A DNA stretch of 63,777 nucleotides, filler included, from Saprolegnia diclina VS20 (taxonomy: Eukaryota): the NCBI RefSeq assembly GCF_000281045.1. It is 10 parts of 2 records of this genome, joined end to end, with 100 filler letters (N's around TTAATTAATTAA, not from the genome) between each part and the next. Parts side by side here need not be neighbours in the genome. Positions count along the whole stretch, not along the records: positions 1 to 28,942 come from NW_008246079.1; positions 29,043 to 33,572 come from NW_008246079.1; positions 33,673 to 44,212 come from NW_008246079.1; 7 more parts are not named here. One strand, given 5' to 3'. The notes under the pieces are model-generated. The model was not told the DNA's origin and did not search any database. It saw nothing but the letters and a program-made list of their open reading frames with translations. Positions within the stretch are counted from its first letter, which is position 1. Each line of letters starts with the position of its first letter. The position numbers and the translations under genes were made by a program. Shown here piece after piece: positions 23,769-36,668 of this stretch.

Positions 23769-24132
23769 CGTGGCATGGATAGACGCACCCAACCATTTTG
23801 ACCCAAAACTGCAAACCGTTGCTCGAATCAGCCATTATATGGTTGGCTAGATGGACGCCATTCCTCCACTTCAACTCAACCTCCATGGCACCAGAAGAGT
23901 TATATATGCGTTTACGGAGGCAGGCCGCTCGTAGGATTCGTCAGTAGGATTATGCTGTTGACATCATGGTTTGGTACCTACGTGGTGCATGACGCACCGC
24001 GATTGCGCGCCGCAATTGGCCGAGCTGCAACCCATCAAACGAACTCAAGTCCAAATGGCGTGCAACTAGACTGCTACCGAACTCGGCCGCCTTCGCAGAC
24101 CCTTGTGATTGGCATGCCACACGACGACTGGC

Positions 24133-25710
24133 ATGGCCGAGGAGGGACAGCGGCTGCTTGCGGCGACGGACGGCCACGACGTCCGCGGTCATTTTGCAGC
24201 GTTCGCCTCGCTGGCGCTGCAGGTCGCACTCGCCAACATCACGCGCATCGCGCTGCTTACGATCGATAATGCGTTCCTTGGGCACCTCGGGACGTCGGCG
24301 TTGGCGGCCGCGTCGCTCTCGTCGACGTGGATTCAAGTCCCGCTCTTCTCCGTGTGGGCCATGTCATCCGCGCTCGTGACTGTAAGCAAGCATCATCACT
24401 CTGAACGCGATGCTGACATTGCACTTTCGTAGCTCTGTGGCCAAGCGTACGGTGCGGCCAACAAGGTGCTCATGGGCGTTTGGCTTCAAATGGCGCTCCT
24501 GCTCGTCTCCTGCCTCGCGCTGCCCGTGATGGCCTGGTATATCTCGATCGACGTCATCTTGGTGCAGGCCACGGACGACGCGACCGTTGTTCGCCTTGGC
24601 GCCCGGTTTGCACGCGTCATGGCGCTCAGTGTCTGGCCAACACTCATCTACGCGTGTCTGCGCCAGTACCTCCAGGCCATGCACGTTGTGGCGCCGACGA
24701 CAGTCAACGGTCTCGCGGCCATCGGCATCACGGTTGGCGCCAACTACGTTCTTATTTATGGTGCCGGCAACTGGCACGGCCTCGGCTTTGACGGATCACC
24801 GCTCGCCACCGTCATTGCTGCGTGGTTCCAGCCGATCGCGCTCTTCCTCTATGCATTCGTCTACAAGAAGTACCACAAGGACGCGTGGGGCGGCTGGAAA
24901 CTCTCGGAGTTGACGTGGTCTCGCTGGAAGACGTTCTTCCGCATGGCGCTACCTCTGGGGCTGAACGATGCGCTCACGTACTTGGCGAATTCGTGCATGT
25001 CACTCGTCGTCGCGATGCTTGGCGTCGACGCGCTGGCCGCCAACGCTATTCTGCTCACGCTCTGGGTCATGCTCTGGGCGCTCTCGTTCGGTGTCGGGTG
25101 CGCGACCCAAGTGCACGTGGCGACCGCGCTCGGCGCGAATCGCCCGGCAGCCGCCCAGACGATGACTCGCATCGGTCTTGGCACTGTCGTCGCGACCACG
25201 GCGACGACAGCATCGGGGCTCTACCTTGGTCGCTCGTTTATCGTCGGCGTGTTTACAAGTGACGCGGACCTCGTCCGCCAATGCTATGCCGTACTGCCCC
25301 TGTACCTTCTCGCCTACGCGCTGGACGCCCTGGAGATCACGCTCACAGCGGTCCTCAACGGCATGGGCCAAATGCAATTCGTATCGGGCGTCTCGTTTGT
25401 CGGCATGTGGCTCGTGCAGCTCCCCGTCGCGTACGGACTCGCGATTCACCTTCAGTATGGCCTCCACGGGGTCTGGGTCGGATACGCTGTCACCGCGAGC
25501 TTCAAGCTCATGGTCCTCAGCGTCAAGCTCCTCTCGGTCGACTGGTCTGTCATGGCTCGACAGGCCATGGATGCTATGGAGTCGGAGACAACCGCCACTT
25601 GGCATGTCGAGGTGGCCGTGCCGTCGCCTGCGAACGCGGTCATGGAGCCGATTAACGAGCCCTGGCGGTTCCAAGAGACCGCGCTCTTGCCGCACCAGGA
25701 CAAAGCGTAG
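24133..25710 (+). CDS. MATE family transporter (copy 2), intron 24382-24432
   Basis: IDNAFLGHLGTSALAAASL, spliced to LCGQAYGA. N-terminus close to copy 1. Confidence 0.92.
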
Positions 25711-25903
25711 CTATCGAAACGTGCGCGACAAGTACCAGTATAATAGACATGTGCCACAACACGCTGTTTGCAATACAGGAAGGAGGCTCGGGCTTCAAGT
25801 AGGGTTAGGGTCCTTCCCAACAGCCGATTTGGTGCGAATGGCCAATTGGGCTAGACTAGTACGATACTAATGAATTGCTGTAAAATAATGTGATCTATCA
25901 AAG

Positions 25904-27466
25904 CTAAATGAAAGTCACATGCCATGCGTCCCGCTCCTTGTTGTGGGTTGGCGGCGACGCTATGAGGTAGATGGAAGAGCTCCCGGACGACTCCCACGAA
26001 ATGTCCTCGTCGACGTCGGTCGCAGTCGAGAGCTTTTGGTCGCCGGCCTCAGCCCCCGCCATGGCGTCATGAACCATCTTCTGCCAGTCGATGCAGAGGA
26101 AGCGGACGCTCATGATGGTCACCTTGACGGCCGCTGCGATTGTCGCCGCTGTCCACACGCCCAGAAGCCCAAGGTCCTTCACGATACCAAAGTAGTAGGC
26201 CAGTGGGAGCTGGACGCCCCAGAGAGCGACAGCCGTCGCGATCGACACAAACCCCATTTGGCCCATGCCCATAAAGGACGTGACGAGGCCCATATCGAGC
26301 GACCGCAAACTCGCAGCAGCAAGATACAGCGGAAGGACGTCCAAGAAGAGGACGACGATTCGGTCGTCGGTCGTAAAGACACCGACGACACTGCGTCGAC
26401 CGAACCACAGGATACATGCGACAATGACAGCGACGCAGACGAGCGTTGCAAACCCGAGGTAGAAGCGGGCACGGGCGGCGCGCGGACGACTACCACCGAG
26501 GTGCTCAGCGAGTCCGACCGCAGCAGCCAACCCGACACCGACAAAAATGGCGTTGACCAGCGTGTAAATGCTGCTCAAGATCGCGTGGGTAGCAAGGACG
26601 TTGGCGCCCATCTTGGCGACGACAAACGAAAGCGCTGCAGCCGCGAGAAACTCGCAGCCTTCGTTGAGGCCGAGGGGCAGCGCCATGCGGAAGAACGTCT
26701 TCCAGCGAGACCACGTCAGCTCCGAGAGTTTCCAGCCGCCCCACGCGTCCTTGTGGTGCTTCTTGTAGACGAATGCATAGAGGAAGAGCGCAATCGGCTG
26801 GAACCACGCAGCAATGACAGTAGCCAGTGGCGACCCATCAAAGCCAAGGCCCGCCGTGTAGATGAGGAGGTAGTTGGCGCCAATGTCGACGCCGATGCAG
26901 ACGATGCCGTTGATGGTGGTGGGCATGACGACGCCCATGGCTTGGAGGTACTGACGCAGACAGACGTACGCGAGGAGCGGCCAAATACTCGGCGACAAGA
27001 ACTCGGCGAACCGCGCGCCAAAGGCGATGACAGCGGAATCGTCGGTCGTATGGTGCAGAATACCGCCGAGGAAGAAGTACCACACCATCGTCGGCACGGC
27101 CAAGACGGTGATCAAGATGAGCGCCATTTGCAGCCAGATGCCCATGAGGAGGTAGTTCTTGGCGCCGAACGCTTGGCCGCAGAGCTAATGAGATCGGTGC
27201 TCAGAAAGGAGATATAGAGGCGAGTGGCGTACCGCAATAAGGGCCGAGGCCATGCCACTGACAGTGTTGAGCGGAAACTCGATCCAGAGCGTCGCAAGGG
27301 ACGCACCCGCGAGCTCGTTCGTGCCGACGTGGCCGAGGAATGCGCTGTCGATGACCGTAAGAGCGAGCCGCGCCACGTAGCTGACCACAAGCTGCAGCGA
27401 CAAGACCAGGAACGGCAGTAACTCGGAGCGGAGGTTAAAGACGTCGTCGGTCAAGTCGGCCATCAT
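25904..27466 (-). CDS. MATE family transporter (copy 3), intron 27185-27232
   Basis: IDSAFLGHVGTNELAGASLA, spliced to LCGQAFGA, followed by a 413-aa second-exon ORF. Confidence 0.92.
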
Positions 27467-28941
27467 GTTGATGTCGGTCCAATTCAAGAATGGTCCTTTG
27501 AAAGGGTGCGACGAAGTTATGATGGGCAACATCGGTACTGGAATCATTGGGTCGACAACACATCCTCGTGATCGGACGGCCACAGCTCTACAACCCGATT
27601 TCGCGCAGCAGGATAACCAACCTGCCAAAACCGAGTTCTGAGTCCTGCGTCCCAGGTACAATGTACACTCACCGATACACTGGGCCGACTGCGTCACATG
27701 ACTGTACACGTATCGTATGAGTGCTCTCGGACGCAAATGAACGAAAATGGTATTTTCAAAAATCTCGGAATTGGCGACACGTAAGAATGGAAGCCCCGAC
27801 GACCCCTCGCAAGCAAGCCCTCGCAAAAAACCCTCGCTGCGATTTGCAAGAGTGGGAGCGCTGACCACATTTTTCCTGCAGCACCATCTCCTGGGACAAG
27901 AGCGGCACATGTCTCGCCATCAACTTCCATTCTAGTAGCCTGTACGGGCATGCGTCGCCAGCAGCAGTCGCGCCCGTAGTGTGTGGTCATCCCGCTGGCT
28001 TAAACCATAGCTCTGACATGGGTCCCTCGATAGCACCTCTCGCTTTGGTATTGTCCTCTTCCTGTTGCCCAAGTCAACGGACTCGTTCTGAACACGGCTG
28101 CCATAGATCTCTAGTCCATTGGGAGAGAGCTCTAGTTGTAGCTCGAAAGTAATACCTTGAAGCAGAATTAGGTGCCAACCGAGAGGGATTAGGGTTACCT
28201 CGTCCTCTGGAATCCGAGCTAAGGTATGGAAAGCACGCGTGCGCAGTCTCTTCTTCAACGTCGTGTGTGCGACCAATGAGTGCACGCGTCGTCTCGTTGG
28301 TTAAATACGTCATGGGATGGTAGATTATTCGATGCAGACAAAAGGAAGCTAAAGCAGGGTCACGTGACCGACGTCCGGCGCCTTGCTGTGGACCGGCGAC
28401 GACGTCATGATGTAGATCGACTCGCTGTCGCGCGCCTCGAGGACCGCCGGGTCGTTGGCTTCGGTGCTCGAAATCTTTGGCTCGCCGGCTTCAGCCCCCG
28501 TCACAGCTTCATGAACCATCTTGTGCCAGTCGATAAAGAGGAAGCGGATGCCCATGATGGTCACCTTGACGGCCGCGGCTATCGTCGTAGCCATCCACAC
28601 GCCCGGAAGCCCAAGGCCCTTCATGATACCAAAGTAGTAGGCCAGTGGGAGCTGGACGCCCCAGAGTCCGACGACCGTCACGATCGTCACAAAGCCCATT
28701 TGGCCCATGCCTTCGAGTGCTGTGAGGAGCCCGATCCCAAGTCCGTTCAGACTGGAAGCCGCAATGTACCACGGAAGGACGTCCGTGTACATGGCCAGCA
28801 GCACCTCGTCCTTCGTGAAGAGACCGACGACACCAGCGCGGCCAGCCCAGAGCACGATGCAGACAAGCAGAGCAGCAAGTGCAAGGACGGCAAAGCCCAT
28901 CATGGCGCGGGCACGAGCGGCGCGGGGTCGACCTCCGCCAA
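27347..28941. repeat. About 1.6-kb direct duplication, copy A (copy B at 29972-31566)
   Basis: Offset of exactly 2625 bp. ORF-track translations are identical in both copies (e.g. 27694-27990 and 30319-30615). The only difference I noticed is a patch near 28715-28755. Confidence 0.95.
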
Positions 28942-29125
28942 GNNNNNNNNNNNNNNNNNNNNNNNNNNNNNNNNNNNNNNNNNNNNTTAATTAATTAANN
29001 NNNNNNNNNNNNNNNNNNNNNNNNNNNNNNNNNNNNNNNNNNACATCGACGAGCGTCCAGACGCTGCTCAAGATGGCATTCGTTGAGATGACGCTAGTGC
29101 CCATACTCGTGACGACAAACGAGAC
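28349..29125 (-). pseudogene. 5'-truncated MATE copy spanning a contig linker
   Basis: C-terminal MATE frame at 28349-28941. Past the gap, 29043-29125 encodes VSFVVTSMGTSVISTNAILSSVWTLVD, then homology stops only about 170 bp from the next MATE stop codon. Continuity across the linker is unverified. Confidence 0.6.
28942..29042. other. Artificial contig linker N-TTAATTAATTAA-N (also near 33573, 44213, 47166, 48304, 54887, 56284, 60872, 62033)
   Basis: The same 12-mer, giving stops in all frames, sits between N runs nine times. Confidence 0.95.
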
Positions 29126-29297
29126 ACCCCGCCGTAAGCACTACCTCCACCGCCACCACCGTAAGCACCCACTGCGGTCGGCTGCTTTTCGGTAGTTTTG
29201 AAACCACAGCATCTAGACTCAATTGACAAGCAGTCTACAGCGGCCACGAAACTCTGTCGGACACAAAACCGCGCGTTAAGAATCTCAAATCAAAAAG

Positions 29298-30091
29298 CTA
29301 AACGAGCGCCGCGTGGTACGGCTCCTGTGTCTTTTGGCGGGTCGGTGACGACGCCGCGATGTAGATCGTTTCGCTGTCGTGCGCCTCGAGGGCCACAGGG
29401 TCCCCTTCTTCGGTGCCCGAGAGCTTCGGGCCGTCCGCTTCGGCCACCGTCTTGGCCTCGTCGACCATCTTGTGCCAATCAACGCGGAGGAACCGGACGC
29501 ACATGGCGACGAACTTGAAGCCCACGGCGATCGTCATGGCGGTCCAGACGCCCGAGAGCCCGAGACCCTTGACAATGCCAAAGTAGTAGGCTAATGGCAG
29601 CTGGACGCCCCAGAGCCCGACAACCGTCACGATTGTTACAAAGCCCATTTGGCCCATGCCTTCCAGCGCCGTGAGAAGCCCAAGTTCAAGTCCGTGTAAG
29701 CTCGAGGCCGCAATGTACCACGGAAGGACGTCCGTGTACATGTCGAGCAAAATCGTGCCCTGGGTGAAGAGACCGACAACGCCAGCGCGGCCAGCCCAGA
29801 GCACGATGCAGACAAGTACAATGACGAGAGCGAGGACGGCAAAGCCCAGGTACGCACGGGCACGAGCGGCGNNNNNNNNNNNNNNNNNNNNNNNNNNNNN
29901 NNNNNNNNNNNNNNNNNNNNNNNNNNNNNNNNNNNNNNNNNNNNNNNNNNNNNNNNNNNNNNNNNNNNNNNGTCGATGACCGTAAGAGCGAGCCGCGCCA
30001 CGTAGCTGACCACAAGCTGCAGCGACAAGACCAGGAACGGCAGTAACTCGGAGCGGAGGTTAAAGACGTCGTCGGTCAAGTCGGCCATCAT
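29298..30091 (-). CDS. MATE family transporter, middle lost in N gap 29872-29971
   Basis: C-terminal half (LEGMGQMGFVTIVTVVGLWGVQLPLAYYFG) at 29298-29871. The N-terminus at 29972-30091 is identical to copy 3. Confidence 0.7.
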
Positions 30092-31566
30092 GTTGATGTC
30101 GGTCCAATTCAAGAATGGTCCTTTGAAAGGGTGCGACGAAGTTATGATGGGCAACATCGGTACTGGAATCATTGGGTCGACAACACATCCTCGTGATCGG
30201 ACGGCCACAGCTCTACAACCCGATTTCGCGCAGCAGGATAACCAACCTGCCAAAACCGAGTTCTGAGTCCTGCGTCCCAGGTACAATGTACACTCACCGA
30301 TACACTGGGCCGACTGCGTCACATGACTGTACACGTATCGTATGAGTGCTCTCGGACGCAAATGAACGAAAATGGTATTTTCAAAAATCTCGGAATTGGC
30401 GACACGTAAGAATGGAAGCCCCGACGACCCCTCGCAAGCAAGCCCTCGCAAAAAACCCTCGCTGCGATTTGCAAGAGTGGGAGCGCTGACCACATTTTTC
30501 CTGCAGCACCATCTCCTGGGACAAGAGCGGCACATGTCTCGCCATCAACTTCCATTCTAGTAGCCTGTACGGGCATGCGTCGCCAGCAGCAGTCGCGCCC
30601 GTAGTGTGTGGTCATCCCGCTGGCTTAAACCATAGCTCTGACATGGGTCCCTCGATAGCACCTCTCGCTTTGGTATTGTCCTCTTCCTGTTGCCCAAGTC
30701 AACGGACTCGTTCTGAACACGGCTGCCATAGATCTCTAGTCCATTGGGAGAGAGCTCTAGTTGTAGCTCGAAAGTAATACCTTGAAGCAGAATTAGGTGC
30801 CAACCGAGAGGGATTAGGGTTACCTCGTCCTCTGGAATCCGAGCTAAGGTATGGAAAGCACGCGTGCGCAGTCTCTTCTTCAACGTCGTGTGTGCGACCA
30901 ATGAGTGCACGCGTCGTCTCGTTGGTTAAATACGTCATGGGATGGTAGATTATTCGATGCAGACAAAAGGAAGCTAAAGCAGGGTCACGTGACCGACGTC
31001 CGGCGCCTTGCTGTGGACCGGCGACGACGTCATGATGTAGATCGACTCGCTGTCGCGCGCCTCGAGGACCGCCGGGTCGTTGGCTTCGGTGCTCGAAATC
31101 TTTGGCTCGCCGGCTTCAGCCCCCGTCACAGCTTCATGAACCATCTTGTGCCAGTCGATAAAGAGGAAGCGGATGCCCATGATGGTCACCTTGACGGCCG
31201 CGGCTATCGTCGTAGCCATCCACACGCCCGGAAGCCCAAGGCCCTTCATGATACCAAAGTAGTAGGCCAGTGGGAGCTGGACGCCCCAGAGTCCGACGAC
31301 CGTCACGATCGTCACAAAGCCCATTTGGCCCATGCCTTCCAGCGCCGTGAGAAGCCCAAGCCCAAGTCCGTGCAAACTCGAAGCCGCAATGTACCACGGA
31401 AGGACGTCCGTGTACATGGCCAGCAGCACCTCGTCCTTCGTGAAGAGACCGACGACACCAGCGCGGCCAGCCCAGAGCACGATGCAGACAAGCAGAGCAG
31501 CAAGTGCAAGGACGGCAAAGCCCATCATGGCGCGGGCACGAGCGGCGCGGGGTCGACCTCCGCCAA
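29972..31566. repeat. About 1.6-kb direct duplication, copy B
   Basis: Near-identical to 27347-28941. Confidence 0.95.
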
Positions 31567-32535
31567 GATGCTCGGCAAGACCAACCTCGGACGCGAGCCC
31601 GATGCCGTAGAAGATCGCACCGACCATCATCCAGACGCTGCTCAAGATGGCGTTGGTGGCAATGACGTTGGCGCCCATCTTGGCAACGACAAACGAAAGC
31701 GCTGCGGCCGCGAGCAAGTCACAGCCGTCGTTGAGCCCCAGAGGCAGCGCCATGCGGAAGAACGTCTTCCAGCGAGACCACGTCAACTCCGAGAGCTGCC
31801 AGCCGCCCCACGCGTCCTTGTGGTGCTTCTTGTAGACGAATGCATAGAGGAAGAGCGCGATCGGCTGGAACCACGCTGCAATGACAGTAGCAAGCGGTGA
31901 TCCGTCAAAGCCAAGGCCCGCCGTGTAGATGAGGAGGTAGTTGGCTCCGACATCAATACCGATGCAGACGATGCCGTTGATGGTGGTGGGCATGACGACG
32001 CCCATGGCTTGGAGGTACTGACGCAGACAGACATACGCGAGGAGCGGCCAAATGCTTGGCGACAAGAGCTCGGCGAACCGCGCGCCAAAGGCGATGACAG
32101 CGGAATCGTCGGTCGTGTGGTGCAGAATACCGCCGAGGAAGAAGTACCACACGGTTGTCGGCACGGCCAAGACGGTGATCAAGATGAGCGCCATTTGCAG
32201 CCAGATGCCCATAAGGAAGTAGTTCTTGGCGCCGTACGCTTGGCCGCAGAGCTACATCAAGGCGAATTGAGGTGAATGATGATGTTGTGATACATTGATA
32301 CCGCGATCTGAGCCGAGGCCATGCCCCAGACCGTGCAGAGCGGAAGCTCGATCCAGAGCGTCGCAAGGGACGCACCCGCGAGCTCGTTCGTACCGAGGTG
32401 TCCGAGGAAGGCGCTATCGATAACCATGATGGCGAGCCGTGCCATGCTCGTAATGACGAGCTGAAGGGACAAGCCCAGGAACGGCAGCAGCTCGGTGCGC
32501 AGATCAAAGACGTCGGCGATCTCGGTCGTCGTCAT
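30974..32535 (-). CDS. MATE family transporter, intron 32252-32301
   Basis: IDSAFLGHLGTNELAGASLA, spliced to LCGQAYGA, followed by a 412-aa second-exon ORF. Confidence 0.92.
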
Positions 32536-33294
32536 CGTCGAAGTGCAGAAAACGAAAACTGAGCAACCGAGGCTAAGCGTACCATGGTCGATTCAGTGTG
32601 GGACATGAGGCAGCGTCATCGCCCGGTGGTGTTGAAGGCAGATCGTTGTACAAGGGTTGTGGTGGACGATCGCGATCGCTCGATAGGATGATGCTCTTTT
32701 TGCTCGTTTGAGCTGGATTGCATACAAATACAGATAGAATATATTTAAATGGTACTTGTTAAGAAGCGCTTCGTCAGGCCGCCGCGGGAAGAGGACGAGC
32801 GCCATCGAACGCGTAGTCACAGAGTATCTTTGAGAGGGTGTCGTCGCCGCACTGGAGAGGCGTCGCGCGTACTCACGTCGGGAGCCAAGAGCTGGTGCGT
32901 CGGCGGCGTTGCGGTCGGGCTTGGACCAATAGCGGCTACAATGTCGTCGGTGCGAAGGGTGCACCTCTTGGTGGCGCTTCGGTGGTCGGTATCGTGAGGG
33001 ACGTAAGAAACGTGTTGCTGGACGACCCGGGATGTTGCGTCCTGTCGACACCAGCGATTTGAGGGCGCGGTAGCCCGATGCATACGGTATACCCTCTTCT
33101 TGATATCAGAGTCGCCAAGTCAGAATCGCCGCTCTTAAATGAGCCGACCATGTCGGACGTCGCGGGGCGAGCATGCAACGAAGCTTGGCCCCTCGCAACA
33201 ACGTGCCCACCACATACACCCGAAACTGATAGAGTGGGCTCCGCTGGCCAGTGGATTATACAAATGAGTTCTTAGGGACGCAAACACCGTAGAA

Positions 33295-33572
33295 CTAAAT
33301 CACCGTCGTGTGATGCGGTGCCTCGTTGATAGCTGGCGACGGCGCCGTGGTGTACATCGCGTCTCTGCCGTGCGCCTCGAGGACCATAGGGTCGTCCGTC
33401 TCGGTGCCCGAGAGCTTTGGCTCGCCTGCTTCGGCCACCAACATGGCTTGGTCGACCATTTTCTGCCAATCAACGCGGAGGAACCGGACGCACATGACGA
33501 CAAACTTGAAGCCCACCGCGATCGTCATGGCGGCCCAGACGCCCCAGAGCCCGAGACCCTTGACAATGCCAA
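33295..33572 (-). CDS. MATE family transporter 3' fragment (rest in gap)
   Basis: GIVKGLGLWGVWAAMTIAVGFKFVVMCVRFLRVDWQKMVD is nearly identical to the C-terminus of the copy at 29298. Confidence 0.8.
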
Positions 33573-33672
33573 NNNNNNNNNNNNNNNNNNNNNNNNNNNN
33601 NNNNNNNNNNNNNNNNTTAATTAATTAANNNNNNNNNNNNNNNNNNNNNNNNNNNNNNNNNNNNNNNNNNNN

Positions 33673-34834
33673 TGAACGACTGCTGCGACGATCCATTGAC
33701 GAACGACTGCTGCGGTCCGTTGTTGAACGATTGCGAGAGGCCATTTCCAAACGACTGCAACGAGGCGTCCGAGGACGACGGCGACGGTCCATTCATAAAC
33801 GACGACGACGACGACGAAGGTCCGCTGAGAAACGACGACGGCGTACTGTCCGAGAACGACTGCGACGGTCCAGCGTGGAACGGCGACGACATACGAAAGG
33901 GCGATTGCGCATTGAACGTCGCCGGGTACGACGCTTGTCCGTCACGGGCGGCCGAGAGGCGTGACGCTTCTTCGTACGGAGACTCGATCGACGACACGAT
34001 TCGCGACGTCGACGGCGACGTGAGCCCAAGCGACGATGTCGGACCGCTGGAGAGAGGCGTCTGGCCACTTGACAGCGACGATGGGCCCGTCGAGAGCGAC
34101 GACAGCATCTGCTCCAACGTCGATGTAGACGGCGGGGGCGCGCGTGGCAGGCCGCTGCTGACAGCGGGCGGTGCGGCGGCGGCATAGTTGTGCGTCGAGG
34201 GGTCGATCGTGTACTGCGGCGGTGGCGGCATCGAGGGTGCGGCTACGTTGGGCGTCGAGGGGCGCTCGGTCGGGTCGGCGACGCTCGACTGCTCCGAGGA
34301 CGACGCGCGGCTAGCGCGGGCTTCCTCTTGCGCCGTGTTCCAGGCCACGAGCGCGCCGTGGAGCCACTCGAGGCAGCAGACAATCATCTCCATTTGCACA
34401 TACGCGATGACGGACCAATGGCGCGTGACACAGTCGACAATGGGCACGCGGTTCGGGTACAGATTGCCGCCATCGCGCGACGCGGCGTCCATGCTCTTGA
34501 AGACCTGGAAGCCCGAGATGCCCCAGCGGATCGTGCGCAGGTACGACTTGGCCGTCTCGTCTCTCGCCGCCTGGAAGTGACGGCTTAGGCTGTCGAGCAC
34601 GTTGAGCGCCACGTCAAAGGAGGCGACCGTGCCGCCCACCGCGTCGTTGACGACAAGGTGCACGACGGTCTCCATCTTGCTGCGGAAGAGGTCAAAGCCC
34701 GTGCTCGACTCGTCCGAGAGCAGATCCCGGAACTCGCGGAGGGCCGTGCGGAACTTGGCCTTGGGCGCGCGTGTGCTGAAGAAGTCACCGTCGCTGCAGT
34801 GCGAGAGAAAGTCGATGCGCACGGGCGGGCTCAT
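33673..34834 (-). CDS. Hypothetical protein with Ser/Pro-rich tail and QSF(x)NG repeats, truncated by gap
   Basis: Open frame from ATG at 34834 to the gap: a globular-looking N-terminal region of about 160 aa, then low-complexity sequence. Confidence 0.7.
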
Positions 34835-35461
34835 GCTGCGTCAATCTTGGTCGGGCACGACTGCAAAATGGCCAGCCACCAACAACCGCCAAGCAATATC
34901 TAATTTGACAGGTTGTGGGGTCTCTATAATCTGATAGGAAAACAGAAGTTGAATCCTGGATGCAGCGTTTTGACGTCGGACGCTGGCTTCTGGGAGAGAC
35001 GACAACGCTAATTCTCGGCACTGGTAGAGAGAGCGGCGCGCACAACAGTGCGCGATATACCGATTCATCGCGATCCAGCATTGGTGCTCTCAACGATGGT
35101 GCTGTGTACAGAGAACCTGCTTCAGTACAGTGTATGCACACGAAATCCGCAGTGGGTAGTCATTCGCTGTGTAGGCAAGAGCTGTAGCGCAAGTTGCACT
35201 CTTGTAGAATAGACTAAAACTCGCAGCAAGATCTTGCGCCAAGATACACTCTCATGTCGAGTGCAAGCTTGGTCGCATCTGTTCGCGTCCCATGACACCA
35301 CCTGGGTGAAATACAGGAAATACGCACATCTGTCGCAAATTCTGTTTCGAAAGGGCAACTGGCACAGCGTGTACACGTGGCAAGCAAACGTGGCTGCAGC
35401 CTGCGACTCCATCACACAAGCTCGAAGACTAAAAGATTAAATACTTGAGGTTGTGGAGGTC

Positions 35462-36280
35462 CTAAGCATAGTTGGCGGGGCACGCTAACGGCGGCCGCTT
35501 GAGCTCGCGAAGATGCTGTCGGTTGATGTACTTGAGCGTTTGGGATTTGACGACGACACCGCTCAGCCACACGCAGAAGCAGAGACAGACAACGCTGATA
35601 CCGAGGCCGTAGACCGCTCCTCCGTACCGCCACGCCGGCGTCTTCTCACCGAGGTTTCGCTTCGTGCCGAGGTACGACTGCCGGTCAAAGGCCAACCACG
35701 TACCGAGGACCATGACGAGTCCGAGAATCATCACAACATTTAGCAAGCCGAGTGCCTTGCCAACGACGCTTTCTTCCTTGAAGTAAACAAGGGCCGCGAC
35801 ATATAGCAGGGCGGCGAGAAGTGCGGTTGGCGCAAAGATATACGCCATAGTGTAGTGGCAGGCGCCCATCACAAGAGAGCAAACTGCGTGTTGCATCGTT
35901 GCCCCAATGTCAAACCGTCGGCTCACAGAGCATCCGCACCACGTTGAAGCGACAAACTCGAGCAAGCGCGGGTCCAGCGACGTGTGCAGCGCGTCGGCAC
36001 CGTACGCAAGACAGACTTCGGTCGCTTCGCCGTGCGGGTGTGTCATGAGGCAGTACTCTTTGGGCGAGAATGCAATTGAGACGGAAAGAGGCGGCTCGCT
36101 GTCAAATGTGTTGTGCACGGAGAAGCTGACGAGCGACCAACCGAGGCCGGGGGCAAGGACCGTGTAGGCTACCCACGCCGCTATAAACGCGTGCGCCAGC
36201 ACTCCTACGCATAAGCATCCGAGCTCTTGGGTGTAGATACCACGTCCTTACGCACCGACGCAGGCAACACCGGCGTGCAT
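35462..36280 (-). CDS. Small multi-pass membrane protein, intron 36205-36255
   Basis: ATG at 36280 (MHAGVACV) splices in frame to the 246-aa ORF, which has about four hydrophobic helices and a Cys-containing first loop. Confidence 0.7.
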
Positions 36281-36668
36281 GAGTCTTCTGAAATGTATCG
36301 ATTTGAAGACGCGTACCCGAGAAGGGACAGATTCCGGCCTTCCCGCCAAGGCAACGTTAAATAGTGTAGAAAGTACATTTTATCTGGTTTCTTATCGCTG
36401 TATTATCGCAATAAGAGGCTTCATAGTATATCCACCATCCGTGTGCAATGGCAGGAGAGTTTGGTGGCTCTTCGTAATCGGTACATCATGCGCTGGATGA
36501 CGCCATAGCCTTCCCCTCATCATACTAATTCATGTAAACTGTGAAATAGAGTGCTATCGTTTTGGAAAGAAAACAGCCAATCGGCATCACGTACGTCCAT
36601 GTCTGGCCAGCCATTGGCCGACACGAAATGAACGACGGTGATTGGCCAACGGTAGAAAGTCCGCTGGG

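Noticed and set aside
25800..25810. TAGGGTTAGGG telomere-like seed
   Set aside because: Fewer than two full units; expected by chance.
28987..28998. TTAATTAATTAA repeated nine times across the window
   Set aside because: Always embedded between N runs; it is an assembly spacer with stops in all frames, not biology.
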